Of a DNA stretch of 61,027 nt, positions 44,564 to 54,005 are shown piece after piece. A program made the position numbers and the translations under genes. The notes beneath the pieces are model-generated. The model saw nothing but the letters and a program-made list of their open reading frames with translations. It did not search any database and was not told the origin of the DNA. Within the stretch, counting starts at the first letter, position 1. The number at the start of each line of letters is the position of its first letter. Origin of the DNA: an uncultured Dehalococcoidales bacterium (GTDB lineage Bacteria > Chloroflexota > Dehalococcoidia > Dehalococcoidales > UBA2162). The stretch covers positions 1 to 61,027 of the forward strand of contig CAZMUD010000002.1 in NCBI GenBank assembly GCA_964569715.1, in the 5' to 3' direction.

Positions 44564-44918
44564 CCCTCAGGCTGGCGGCACTCAGGGGCTTGACCAGGTA
44601 GTCGCTGGCACCCATACTGAGCGCCTTCTCCCGCTGTGATACTCCAGCCGAGGCAGTGAACACGATTACAGGTATTGCCTCGAGTCCTGGCTTACTCTTA
44701 ATCTGCCGCAGCACTACCCAGCCATCGCGTCTGGGTAGCCTCAGGTCCAGCAGCAGGAGACTGATCCGGCCCTCTCTTATCAATCTCATGCCCTCCTTGG
44801 TGTCCTTAGCCTGAAGAACGTGGTAGCCTTCCAGCTCGAGCACCCGGGAGGCAAAGTGAAGGATCTCAGCCTCGTCTTCTATGATAAGGATTCTCTTTGT
44901 TTCAGGTGTCTTTTCCAT
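44529..44918 (-). CDS. Single-domain CheY-like response regulator
   Basis: ILIIEDE, LLLLDLRLPRRDG and MGASDYLVKP. Confidence 0.88.
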   Translation of the reverse strand: MEKTPETKRILIIEDEAEILHFASRVLELEGYHVLQAKDTKEGMRLIREGRISLLLLDLRLPRRDGWVVLRQIKSKPGLEAIPVIVFTASAGVSQREKALSMGASDYLVKPLSAASLREAVTRTLHQKR

Positions 44919-47145
44919 GTCCCTGTCCGGCTGCGTTAGTTACGAGCGGAAGGGTAAAGCGAAAAGTGCTTCCCTTTCCCAGTTCGCTCTCTACCCAGAT
45001 GCGGCCGCCATGAGCCGTTATCAGTCCCTTGCAGATGGCCAGCCCTAGCCCTATGCCTCCCATCTCTGGAGTCAGTCTTTGCTCAATGCGGTACATCCGG
45101 TCGAACACCATCCCTAGTTCATGGCTAGGGATGCCTATGCCTTGGTCAGCCACGCTGATTAGCAATTCCTGCCCCGCTCGTTGCGCCGATACCACTACTT
45201 CTGATTCCTTGTCAGAATACTTGACGGCGTTGTCGATGATGTTGTCCAGCACCTGCCTAATGCGCCGGGCATCAACCTCCACCGTTGGTAGTCTCTGTCT
45301 CTCGTCGGTCTCTATCTTATGCCTGGGTGCCCTGAGCTTAGCCTCAGCCGCCGCCTCCTGGATTAGCTGTGAGATATTGGTGGGCTGTTTATCCAGTTTC
45401 AGCAGCCCTGCCTCCAGCCGGGACATGTCCAGGAGATGGTCAATAAGCTCGGTCAACCGGTCGGTGGCTCTGTCTATGGACTGCAAGTGCTCCTTTTTCT
45501 CCTCAGACCTGAGCCTCCGGTCATAATCCACAAGCATGGTGGAATACCCCTTGATGATTGCTAGGGGAGTGCGTAGCTCATGGGAGACTGTGGAAAGAAG
45601 GTTGCTCTTAAGTCTGTCTAACTCCTCATATTCAACCACTCTCTCCTCTGCTCGCTTTTGCTCGGTGATGTCTATGAAGTTTGCCAGAGCTGCACGTTTT
45701 CCTTCATACTGAATGGACCTAATTGTCCCTAGAGCCCACCTTATCTCACCACTCTTGCTAATATACCTGAACTCGTAAGGGGAAAGACGTTTCCCTTTCA
45801 ACATTTCTATTGCGCTTTCTCTGACTGTCTCCCTATCTTCAGGGTGGAGAATGTTCAAAGAGAGCCTGTCCAACACCTCGCTTTCAGCATAGCCTGTCTG
45901 GTCGAGGAACCGCCTATTAACAAACTTAATCTTACCGTCCTGAACAATGTGAATGCTAACCGGCGAGCTGTTGGTTAGCACTCTGTACAGCTCCTCCATC
46001 TGCTTGCGCTCGGTGATGTCCCGGATAAAAGCAACATTGGCACGCTCCCCCTTGTATGTCGTATAGGCACTGGTAAGCTCAATGGGAACCTCGGTGCCAT
46101 CTTTCCTGATAATGGACATCTCGAAAAGTCCCGGCATAATTGCACCCCGCATCTTTTTTCCATGTCTTTCTAGAGAAGCCTGGCGGTGTGAGGGGTGGAC
46201 GAGGTCGAAAAACGACATACTGAGCAGCTCTTTCTTAGAGTAGCCGGTGATGCGGGGCCACTCATCGCTAACGAAGGTTTGGGTGGCGTGTCCCTGCTCA
46301 TTGTCCTGCAGCATGACAACAGCCTCACCGACTTCGGCACCCAGATTCACCAGGGCGCGGTATCTCTCCTCGCTCTCCTGCAGTGCCTCCTCTGCATGCT
46401 TGCGCTCGGTGATATCGCGAAAAAGCCCAAATATTAACCGCTTTTCTCCAATGGTAACGGGGGCCGCGCTGATGCTTACTAGGACAATGCTGCCATCCTT
46501 CCTGATAGCCTCACCATCATAATTCGCAGCATGTCCCTTCTTAGCATGGGTTGCGAACCTCTGGCGATACTCGTCAGCCTTTTCTGGGGGGTGAAGCTTG
46601 CTTTGGTGCATGCCGATAATCTCCTCATGAGTACGACCTATCAGCACCTCGCCCTGCTCGTTCGCGTCGAGGATACGTCCGGTTTCCACATCCGCCAGGA
46701 ACGCCGCGTCATTCATGTTCTTAAAAAGAGCTCTATATCTCTCCTCTGACTCCCGTAAGGCCTCCTCCGCCCACCTGCGCTCAGCTACCTGTGTGATAAG
46801 AGCTAGAAGGTGGTCCATATCAAGCGGCTTGGTCTCATAGGCTATTATATGTCTCTGCCCGACAGCTTCGATAGCAGTCTCTAGCGAAGCATAACCAGTG
46901 TTGATGATATACTCCATTCCAGGGGATAGTCTGGCTAACTTCTTTATTAGCTTTACCCCAGATATGTCAGGCAGCTTGAGGTCGATAAGCGCCAGTTCAA
47001 ATGTCTTCTCCTGACAGAGAGTGAACGCTGTCTGGCCATCCCCGGCAAGCGCAGTATCGTAACCTTCCGCTTCCAGAATATCCCGCAGGTTTGAAGCGAG
47101 GTCCACATCATCATCCACAATGAGTATGTCAAACTTTAGGGCCAT
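44902..47145 (-). CDS. Receiver-PAS(x3-4)-HisKA-HATPase sensor histidine kinase
   Basis: N-terminal receiver (ILIVDDD, LALIDLKLPDISG), repeated PAS blocks each followed by ITERK, an H-box SHELRTPL, and N/G boxes (DNAVKY, DQGIGI, GGIGLGL). Confidence 0.9.
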   Translation of the reverse strand: MALKFDILIVDDDVDLASNLRDILEAEGYDTALAGDGQTAFTLCQEKTFELALIDLKLPDISGVKLIKKLARLSPGMEYIINTGYASLETAIEAVGQRHIIAYETKPLDMDHLLALITQVAERRWAEEALRESEERYRALFKNMNDAAFLADVETGRILDANEQGEVLIGRTHEEIIGMHQSKLHPPEKADEYRQRFATHAKKGHAANYDGEAIRKDGSIVLVSISAAPVTIGEKRLIFGLFRDITERKHAEEALQESEERYRALVNLGAEVGEAVVMLQDNEQGHATQTFVSDEWPRITGYSKKELLSMSFFDLVHPSHRQASLERHGKKMRGAIMPGLFEMSIIRKDGTEVPIELTSAYTTYKGERANVAFIRDITERKQMEELYRVLTNSSPVSIHIVQDGKIKFVNRRFLDQTGYAESEVLDRLSLNILHPEDRETVRESAIEMLKGKRLSPYEFRYISKSGEIRWALGTIRSIQYEGKRAALANFIDITEQKRAEERVVEYEELDRLKSNLLSTVSHELRTPLAIIKGYSTMLVDYDRRLRSEEKKEHLQSIDRATDRLTELIDHLLDMSRLEAGLLKLDKQPTNISQLIQEAAAEAKLRAPRHKIETDERQRLPTVEVDARRIRQVLDNIIDNAVKYSDKESEVVVSAQRAGQELLISVADQGIGIPSHELGMVFDRMYRIEQRLTPEMGGIGLGLAICKGLITAHGGRIWVESELGKGSTFRFTLPLVTNAAGQGHGKDT

Positions 47146-47157
47146 TCTATTATCCCC

Positions 47158-47943
47158 TCATTGGCTATCCCGTAAATTCCATTCAGGTTTTTTGAGAATG
47201 CCCTTGGCTTTCTGTTCCTTAATCTGCTCAAGCAGGGAAACCAGCTCGCCCATGTCTATTGGCTTCTCCAGGCAGGCATAGGCGTTCTTTTGCAGCGCCT
47301 GCTGTGCCAGCTTAGCCATCTTCTGCGGATAGCCAGTGATGATAATTACCACCACATTCGGCCGGAAATCGCGGATGGCCAGGTAAGTCTCCATGCCATT
47401 CAGGGCAGGCAGTTTCATATCAATGAGCATGACATCAAAGTTGTCCTTCTTTGCCTTCTCTATTGCCGTGTTACCATCGTAGGCAACGTTTACCCGGTAG
47501 CCTTTATCGCTCAGCACATCTTGCATATTGGCACAGAGATTCTCATCGTCATCTACTATGAGTATCAGCTCCCCGTTGGGAGTGGCTTGTTCAATAAGTT
47601 CAAAGATTTCGTCAAAGTCCAGTGGTTTCTTGAGGGAACCAAAGGCTCCCTCCCGCAGTGCCTCTCTGATGAGGTTCTCAACAGCAAAGGCGGTTACCAT
47701 AATGACCGGGGTATCCGGCGCTATCTTTTTGACCTTCTTGAACGTTTCCACGCCGTCCATTACCGGCATCTTGACATCCATCAGCACCAGGTCAAAGCCA
47801 TTTTGTTTCACCAGCTCCAGTGCCTTGAATCCATCATAGGCAGTCACCACCTCATAATCCTTCAGTTCCAGAATATCGGTCACGTTCCGGCAGAACTCCT
47901 CGTTATCGTCAACAACCAGTATTCTTGATTTTTCAGGCACCAT
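47158..47943 (-). CDS. Tandem double-receiver protein (REC-REC)
   Basis: Two complete receiver domains, each with the DD pair and phospho-acceptor Asp (LVLMDVKMP; VMLIDMKLP). Confidence 0.88.
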   Translation of the reverse strand: MVPEKSRILVVDDNEEFCRNVTDILELKDYEVVTAYDGFKALELVKQNGFDLVLMDVKMPVMDGVETFKKVKKIAPDTPVIMVTAFAVENLIREALREGAFGSLKKPLDFDEIFELIEQATPNGELILIVDDDENLCANMQDVLSDKGYRVNVAYDGNTAIEKAKKDNFDVMLIDMKLPALNGMETYLAIRDFRPNVVVIIITGYPQKMAKLAQQALQKNAYACLEKPIDMGELVSLLEQIKEQKAKGILKKPEWNLRDSQ

Positions 47944-49074
47944 TCATACCTCCTTATCTTTATCTGTATATGGGGGGAGCCGTATGATGATGACTGCTCC
48001 CTTTCCTAGTTCTGATTTGGCTTCTACCGTGCCGCCGTGCTTATTAACAATCGTCTTAGCAATAGACAGGCCAAAGCCGATGCCCTTGGCCTTGGTGCTG
48101 AAAAGTGGTTGGAAGACCCTATCCATGTCCTCTGGGGCAATGCCCGGGCCGGTATCGGCAAAGGACACTTCAGCCTGGCCATCAGCGCTCGTATGGACGG
48201 TTACTGTCAGCGTTCCCTTGCCATCCATCGCTTCACCCGCATTTTTTACTATGTTCTGGAAAGCCATGCCGAGCTGTTCCCGGTCGGCATTGACCAAAAC
48301 CTCTTGCTCTGGAAAATTTCGTATTACATTGACCGTGTCCGACACTTTAGAGGTGACAATTGCGTCATGTGTAGTGGCTATAAGGTCAAGCCCTGATAAC
48401 TGCGGTTCCTTCATTCGGGTCAGGTTAAACAGGCTCTCGATGATGGCAGTAGCACTGCCCACACTGGACTGAATACGGTTAAGATGCTCTAGAGTCTTCT
48501 TATCGGCATCCTTTAGCTTTGCCCTCAGGTAGTATGCGGAACTATCTATCACACTCAGGGGGTTCCTTAACTCGTGGGAGATACTTCCTGCGAACTGTCC
48601 CAGGGTAGCCAGCCGTTCGGAGGTAAAAAGCCTCTCCTGTATTTGCTTGCGTTCGGTAGTTTCAATTTTTAGTTTTTTATGGGTGGTAGCGAGCCTGGTA
48701 GCAAGGGACTGCTGCTGAATCTTTGTCTTTTGTTGGGCACTGATTAGCCAGCTAAGCGCAGTGCCAATGGCAACAATAGCTACTGTCTCAGTTGCGGCAT
48801 CCATCCTCCAAGGGCTTACTATGACTCGTGGGGTCATGATTAACCCAGAGACAATAGAGCAAATCAGTCCTCCTTTGAAGCCAAATTTCCAGGCAGTAAT
48901 AAGTATGGGTATCAGGAATAAGGAGCGCTGAAAGGTTCGCTGGGTCAGTCCTAAATAGGTCTGGGGAGCTAACCAGCCGATGGCAAATATATCAACCGCA
49001 TGGTAGAAGATACCCAGAAAGGATACCAAAGCAATGGCAACCCAGAAATACTTGTTCTTTAAAAGACGAGCCAT
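47944..49074 (-). CDS. Membrane-bound sensor histidine kinase
   Basis: About 4-5 TM helices, H-box SHELRNPL and HATPase motifs (DTGPGI, GIGFGL). The start is uncertain (ATG 49074, or TTG 49209 in the ORF track). Confidence 0.85.
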   Translation of the reverse strand: MARLLKNKYFWVAIALVSFLGIFYHAVDIFAIGWLAPQTYLGLTQRTFQRSLFLIPILITAWKFGFKGGLICSIVSGLIMTPRVIVSPWRMDAATETVAIVAIGTALSWLISAQQKTKIQQQSLATRLATTHKKLKIETTERKQIQERLFTSERLATLGQFAGSISHELRNPLSVIDSSAYYLRAKLKDADKKTLEHLNRIQSSVGSATAIIESLFNLTRMKEPQLSGLDLIATTHDAIVTSKVSDTVNVIRNFPEQEVLVNADREQLGMAFQNIVKNAGEAMDGKGTLTVTVHTSADGQAEVSFADTGPGIAPEDMDRVFQPLFSTKAKGIGFGLSIAKTIVNKHGGTVEAKSELGKGAVIIIRLPPYTDKDKEV

Positions 49075-49260
49075 TTTGTCGTCACTTATTTCCGCTTCCA
49101 CGGAATTGATTGCCGTATTTTTGTCAGAGTTGCGACTAGAAATATTACCACTTGTCACATTTATTGTCAAATGTGGACAGCTGGCAAGATACGCATTGGT
49201 GGATAGCAACTCCTGCTGAGCAGCTCTTGTTTTAGGGATACTATGCGCTACATCTACGGT

Positions 49261-49300
49261 TTGTTATCTAGTTGTGATTTGGAGTGGAAGCATTTATAAT
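49261..49300 (+). promoter_or_regulatory. Sigma70-like promoter overlapping a TTGTTAT-N4-TTGTGAT direct repeat
   Basis: TTGTTAT (49261-49267), CTAG, TTGTGAT (49272-49278); 17 nt after TTGTGA comes TATAAT (49295-49300). Confidence 0.4.
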
Positions 49301-49474
49301 CTTAATCTAGCATTGTTCATCTTCAGGAGATGACATAAAGTGGAAAATCATAGGTGCTACAACTAATATAATGCGGCGGAATCCGTGTTGAAGCCTACAA
49401 AACAACCTTGAAAGGATACTACTATTAAGAAATTCAGGGTTCGCTCGCTCTTTTCAGGATTACTCCCTCTATTT

Positions 49475-50620
49475 GTGCTGGCACACTTTGGGCATCACCT
49501 GTTGACGGCACTGCCGGTACCACTTTTACCGTTAATCCGTGATGACTTTGCCCTAGATTACACCCAATCGGGACTGGTGGTCATGGCATTCAATCTGGCG
49601 TATGGCATCGGTCAGTTGCCAGCGGGGTGGCTTGCCGACCGTATCGGTCCCCGCATACTGATTACCATAGGTATCGGCGGTGTGGCGCTGGCTGGACTCT
49701 TAGTCGGGCTTTCGCAGACCTATATTATGATGATTGTCTTCCTGGTGCTGATGGGAGTAGCCGGTGGTGGCTACCACCCGTCGGCGGCATCGCTGGTTTC
49801 AGCATCGGTCGAGCCGAAGAACCGGGGTCGGGCATTGGGGTTTCACCTGATTGGTGGCAGTGGTAGCTTCTTCCTGGCGCCGCTCATTGCTGCTGCCATT
49901 GCTGCTGCCTGGGGGTGGCGTGGTTCATTCATCGGGTTAGCTGTCCCCACTGCGGTATTCGGAATCATATTTTATGTACTTCTGGGCCGGCGGATAGATA
50001 CGAGTAGGGCCCGGCAGGTGATAACCGACCGTCGTGATGAGGCACCATCTCCTCCAGGCCGTTTGCGTCGCCTAGTGGTGTTTATGTTTCTAAGCACCTT
50101 CACCCAAGCAGTAGCTTTCTCCACAATAGCGTTCGTCCCGCTATTCATGGTTGACCATTTCGGCGTTGGTGAGGAGGCAGCGGCGGCCTTTTTAGCTATT
50201 ATCTACTCTGCCGGGCTCTGGGCGAGCCCTTTGGGTGGCTACCTCTCCGACCGTTTGGGGAGAGTGCCGGTTGTGCTGGTAATTTGTCTTATTACCAGTC
50301 CTGTCATCTACCTGCTGAACCTGGTTCCCTATGGCCATGGACTAGGTATCGGCGCCCTACTGCTTATTTTCGGCATAGTTATGTATATTCGTATGCCGGT
50401 GTCGGAAGCCTACATCGTTGGTCAGACGTCGGAGCGTCACCGTTCGATGGTACTTGGCATCTACTACTTCTCGGCTATGGAGGCTGGCGGCATACTTGCC
50501 CCGGTAATGGGTTCCCTCATTGACCGGTTTGGCTTCGATTACAGCTTTAACATTGCTGCTGTTGCCGTGCTCGCAGTGGCGCTGACCTGCTCGGTGTTTT
50601 TATGGGGGAGCCGGGACTAG
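49475..50620 (+). CDS. MFS transporter
   Basis: 381 aa with about 11-12 TM helices and an MFS loop motif GWLADRIGPR. GTG start; no better start lies upstream before the stop at 49409. Confidence 0.85.
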   Translation: MLAHFGHHLLTALPVPLLPLIRDDFALDYTQSGLVVMAFNLAYGIGQLPAGWLADRIGPRILITIGIGGVALAGLLVGLSQTYIMMIVFLVLMGVAGGGYHPSAASLVSASVEPKNRGRALGFHLIGGSGSFFLAPLIAAAIAAAWGWRGSFIGLAVPTAVFGIIFYVLLGRRIDTSRARQVITDRRDEAPSPPGRLRRLVVFMFLSTFTQAVAFSTIAFVPLFMVDHFGVGEEAAAAFLAIIYSAGLWASPLGGYLSDRLGRVPVVLVICLITSPVIYLLNLVPYGHGLGIGALLLIFGIVMYIRMPVSEAYIVGQTSERHRSMVLGIYYFSAMEAGGILAPVMGSLIDRFGFDYSFNIAAVAVLAVALTCSVFLWGSRD

Positions 50621-52692
50621 CTGTCCGGCGAATGGCGGGTAACCGCATTTCGCCTCAAGGCAGACAGCCTTCGTCTTGCTTCCAGGATGGTCGCTGGGTT
50701 GAAGGGCCTGGAATCGTAAGCGGCGCTACTGGTAGCCTGGGTTAACCATTCTATCTTTTCCCGACCATCTGGAATTTGAGGACATATGATAGCGGCGTAT
50801 TCATAGGGAGGTTGATATGGCTGTCGAGGGGACAAGCCTTTTTTGACGAGTAGAGCTACCATTTTGTGGTATAGGCTCAGCATTGTTCTTCTCGACTCTC
50901 CATCCAGAACGCTGTACCCTTTTGCCTCTTGCTTGATTCTTACCTGGCGGCGACTGAGAAGCAAAGCTAGAACAGCAATGGCACCCCCTACGGTGAGCAA
51001 CACTACCCAAAACCAGGTGGGCACGGAGAGTGGACCTAGGGATAAATTGCCGGCTAGCGGTGACAGTATGCTGGCAAAGGTAACCCCGGTAAAGTCCTCC
51101 AGACCGAAGTAGACCCAATTTCGTCCGGCAGCAAAACCCATAGTAGCATCGGCTCTCGGTGTTGGGTCGAAAGCTACCCAGCCCTGTCGTTGAAAGTGGA
51201 TTTCTACCCAGGCGTGGGCATCCCCCGCTCGCACGGTATGTGCCCCTGTCATCGGGTCGATGAAACCGGGTAAGTAGCCAGCGGCAATGCGAGCCGGTAG
51301 ACCCACGTGCCGAGCCATGACTGCCATGGTAGTAGCAAACTGCGAGCAATAACCAGCTTGTTGTTCAAATAGAAAGAAATCTACCGCATCACGCTCCGGT
51401 GGCAACGGCTCCACGTTCAGCTCATAGGGGTAATTGGTGAGCAGGAAGCGCTCCAGCCTGGCTGCCTTGTCGTAATCTGTGGAGGCACCCTGCACGATGG
51501 ATTCAGCTAGAGCGGCTGTTCGTTCACTGATGGGTGGAAGCGTTAGATTGGAAATGTCCTCTGAGACAGCGCTGTCACTGCGCAGCAGCTCTGGTGTGAG
51601 ATATGGCACCAAGGAAAGGGCACGGTATAAGGTGCCTCTTTCAAGGAAGGTCGGACCTGTCTGGGGCAGATAGATTCTCCCGGGCTTGTAGCCAGTGAAT
51701 ACAGCGTTGGGCTGGTCTGACAACAAATAGTATACCTGCCAATATACCCTTTTTCCCGACAAGTTCAATGTGGAGTCTGGCAAGATAAACTCCCGCCGGC
51801 GCTCGTCAAGCAATTCGATTTCAGACGAGGAAGGTAGCCATCCCTGTCCATCATATTTGTCCAGTGTCAGGCCGCGCCAGTAGCTGGATATTCGGCTCCG
51901 TACGTGCATCACTGCTCTATCGGCTGGGGAGTCAGCATAACCCAAAGTGGCGTATTCCCTGTCGTCAAAGGCTCTGTCATCCTGACGGGAGGGGAGTATT
52001 CCTGGCGATACCGAGGCGCTGGGCTTACTGGGGAGCATGGCCGGCCCACTAAGGCTGAGGTCTAACCGACTGGGAAGCCAGCTTGCCTGGGCTATCTGGC
52101 TGCTAGCCACCCTGGGCATCAGCAGGAAGAAGACAGCCGAGAGCAGCAAGGTACCCGTGGCAAAGCCCAACCAGACCTTTCCAGCGGTGAGCCACCTTAA
52201 TTTACCCACCAGCACGGCTTGAGTTGTTTCAGCTTCGACACGGCCAACAGCAACTGCTATTAGTGCCAGAACCGTAAATACTACCAGAAAGACCAAAAAC
52301 CACAAGCTAAGAGCTAATTCACTGATAAGCACTAAGAGCAGGGCTCCCAGAATCAAACTAGCCACCACGTTCCTTCTCTTCATAAGGTCGAAGCTGCCTA
52401 ACACTAGCCCGTAGATAAGGTAGCGTGATAGTAGTAGCCGGTCACTAAATCCAGAAAGCAATATCTCCCCACCTAGGAAGACGGTAAGGACCATAAAGAG
52501 AAGCAGAATCAGGCTGCGACGTATCGAGGCATCACGCCGGCGCCAGCTATAGAAGTGACCTGCTGCCAGGCCTGGTATTCCAATAGCAAGTAGTATGGGC
52601 TCCCTGATTGCCCAGGCTACAGCCGCTATGGAACAACTGACAGCGAGGAAGGCAAGAAATCTTGAACCAGCCAGGTGTTTAGTGATTCGCAT
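50617..52692 (-). CDS. Transglutaminase-like membrane protein (TgpA-type)
   Basis: N-terminal multi-TM region and a transglutaminase core GYCSQFAT...DAHAWVE...FDPT. Confidence 0.88.
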   Translation of the reverse strand: MRITKHLAGSRFLAFLAVSCSIAAVAWAIREPILLAIGIPGLAAGHFYSWRRRDASIRRSLILLLFMVLTVFLGGEILLSGFSDRLLLSRYLIYGLVLGSFDLMKRRNVVASLILGALLLVLISELALSLWFLVFLVVFTVLALIAVAVGRVEAETTQAVLVGKLRWLTAGKVWLGFATGTLLLSAVFFLLMPRVASSQIAQASWLPSRLDLSLSGPAMLPSKPSASVSPGILPSRQDDRAFDDREYATLGYADSPADRAVMHVRSRISSYWRGLTLDKYDGQGWLPSSSEIELLDERRREFILPDSTLNLSGKRVYWQVYYLLSDQPNAVFTGYKPGRIYLPQTGPTFLERGTLYRALSLVPYLTPELLRSDSAVSEDISNLTLPPISERTAALAESIVQGASTDYDKAARLERFLLTNYPYELNVEPLPPERDAVDFFLFEQQAGYCSQFATTMAVMARHVGLPARIAAGYLPGFIDPMTGAHTVRAGDAHAWVEIHFQRQGWVAFDPTPRADATMGFAAGRNWVYFGLEDFTGVTFASILSPLAGNLSLGPLSVPTWFWVVLLTVGGAIAVLALLLSRRQVRIKQEAKGYSVLDGESRRTMLSLYHKMVALLVKKGLSPRQPYQPPYEYAAIICPQIPDGREKIEWLTQATSSAAYDSRPFNPATILEARRRLSALRRNAVTRHSPDS

Positions 52693-52695
52693 GCT

Positions 52696-53913
52696 TCATC
52701 CCACCGACACTGGTGATTTGCCAGCGAAGAATAAGGAATTGCCCAACTTTTTTATTGCCGTCTCCAGATTACCCCGGGAGCAGCTGATGATGTTCAGATT
52801 GCTCCCCTTCAATCTGGAAAGGAACTCATGGGGTGTCTCATTCGGCGCAAAGCCTTCCAGAAGCACTACCGCTAGTCCCCGTACCCGGTCGGCTAATTGC
52901 GATAATGTAGAGATTAGCTCGGTTTCTATTGCCGGCACAATAGCCACTACGACCTGGCCTGGCACTGCTGTCAATTCAGCCAGGGCAGCCTTTCCTCCCA
53001 CTTCTAGCTGCGCCAGGTAGTCCATTGCCTCTCGCCACCCGGCGTGGTGCAAGGGTGTTTCGCCAGCGATAATGTCTATACTGCGTCCAGAATCAGCAGA
53101 AAGCTTGGCCAGGCTGGCAGCAATCTTGATGCTATATTCTAAGGTTGTCTCTCTCCCTGTCCCAGAATCACGCCTCGTTTCAAAAGTGACAGTCACTGAG
53201 CCCTGGTTAGCCTGCTCGAACTCCTTAAGCATGAAGTGCCCCAGTCTGGCAGTATTGCGCCAGTGGATATGTTTTAATGGGTCACCATGTTGGTATTCTC
53301 TGGAACCGTAGAATTCAGCGGCAGCACTGGACTTGACCGCATGGCCCCAGTCCGCCCAGGCTGCATCGGCTATGGGTAGCCCTTCCATCTGGTAATAGGT
53401 GGGGTAAACCGTTAGATTCAACGGTAACTGAAAGGTGCGGCGCCGCACAATCAGCCCCAAAGGCCCGCTGGATTGCAGGGTGGCGCTCGATGAAGGGTAG
53501 TATCCTCGCCGGTAGCAGGTGGTCGTATAGGAAAAGGCGGTCATAGACCTCGGGTTGAGGCTGGCGAGAAGAAAGGCTCTGTGCTGCTCCTGCGGTTGAG
53601 CAAAGGGACAATCCTCCAGCACCTTAATGAAATGCCTAGCCAGGCGCCCGTTGTTGGTCACTTTGAGCTTAACCTCAACAGCGTCGTCCTCCAAGGGACC
53701 GCCTAATTGTGGCTGGCGGAGAGTAGAAGTCGGAAGTAATAGCTGGCGCTCTACTTGCAGGGATTTGAGGCTATACCAGGGCAAGATGGCTGACAGCAGA
53801 AGCGAGCTCCAGATGATAGCATCAAACAGGTAGAGCCAGCCTATTTGAGTTTGACCGGCTACTAAATAAATTAACCCGCCGGCGGCTATAAAACCAAAGC
53901 CTGCTTTAGTCAT
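52696..53913 (-). CDS. DUF58 domain protein
   Basis: REYQHGDPLKHIHWRNTAR motif. Sits between the MoxR ATPase and the transglutaminase, as in the classic operon. Confidence 0.85.
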   Translation of the reverse strand: MTKAGFGFIAAGGLIYLVAGQTQIGWLYLFDAIIWSSLLLSAILPWYSLKSLQVERQLLLPTSTLRQPQLGGPLEDDAVEVKLKVTNNGRLARHFIKVLEDCPFAQPQEQHRAFLLASLNPRSMTAFSYTTTCYRRGYYPSSSATLQSSGPLGLIVRRRTFQLPLNLTVYPTYYQMEGLPIADAAWADWGHAVKSSAAAEFYGSREYQHGDPLKHIHWRNTARLGHFMLKEFEQANQGSVTVTFETRRDSGTGRETTLEYSIKIAASLAKLSADSGRSIDIIAGETPLHHAGWREAMDYLAQLEVGGKAALAELTAVPGQVVVAIVPAIETELISTLSQLADRVRGLAVVLLEGFAPNETPHEFLSRLKGSNLNIISCSRGNLETAIKKLGNSLFFAGKSPVSVG

Positions 53914-54005
53914 AGGTCATTTTCCACCCTGTCAAACATAGTTGGCCCCCCGTTAGGCTCTTCAAATATCTTAAAATGTTTGTGTGTGGTTCTTTGAAAT
54001 TCTTT

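Noticed and set aside
50617-50620. Convergent MFS and transglutaminase genes overlap by 4 nt (CTAG), with both stop codons in the palindrome.
   Set aside because: A curiosity of compact genomes. No functional implication can be supported.
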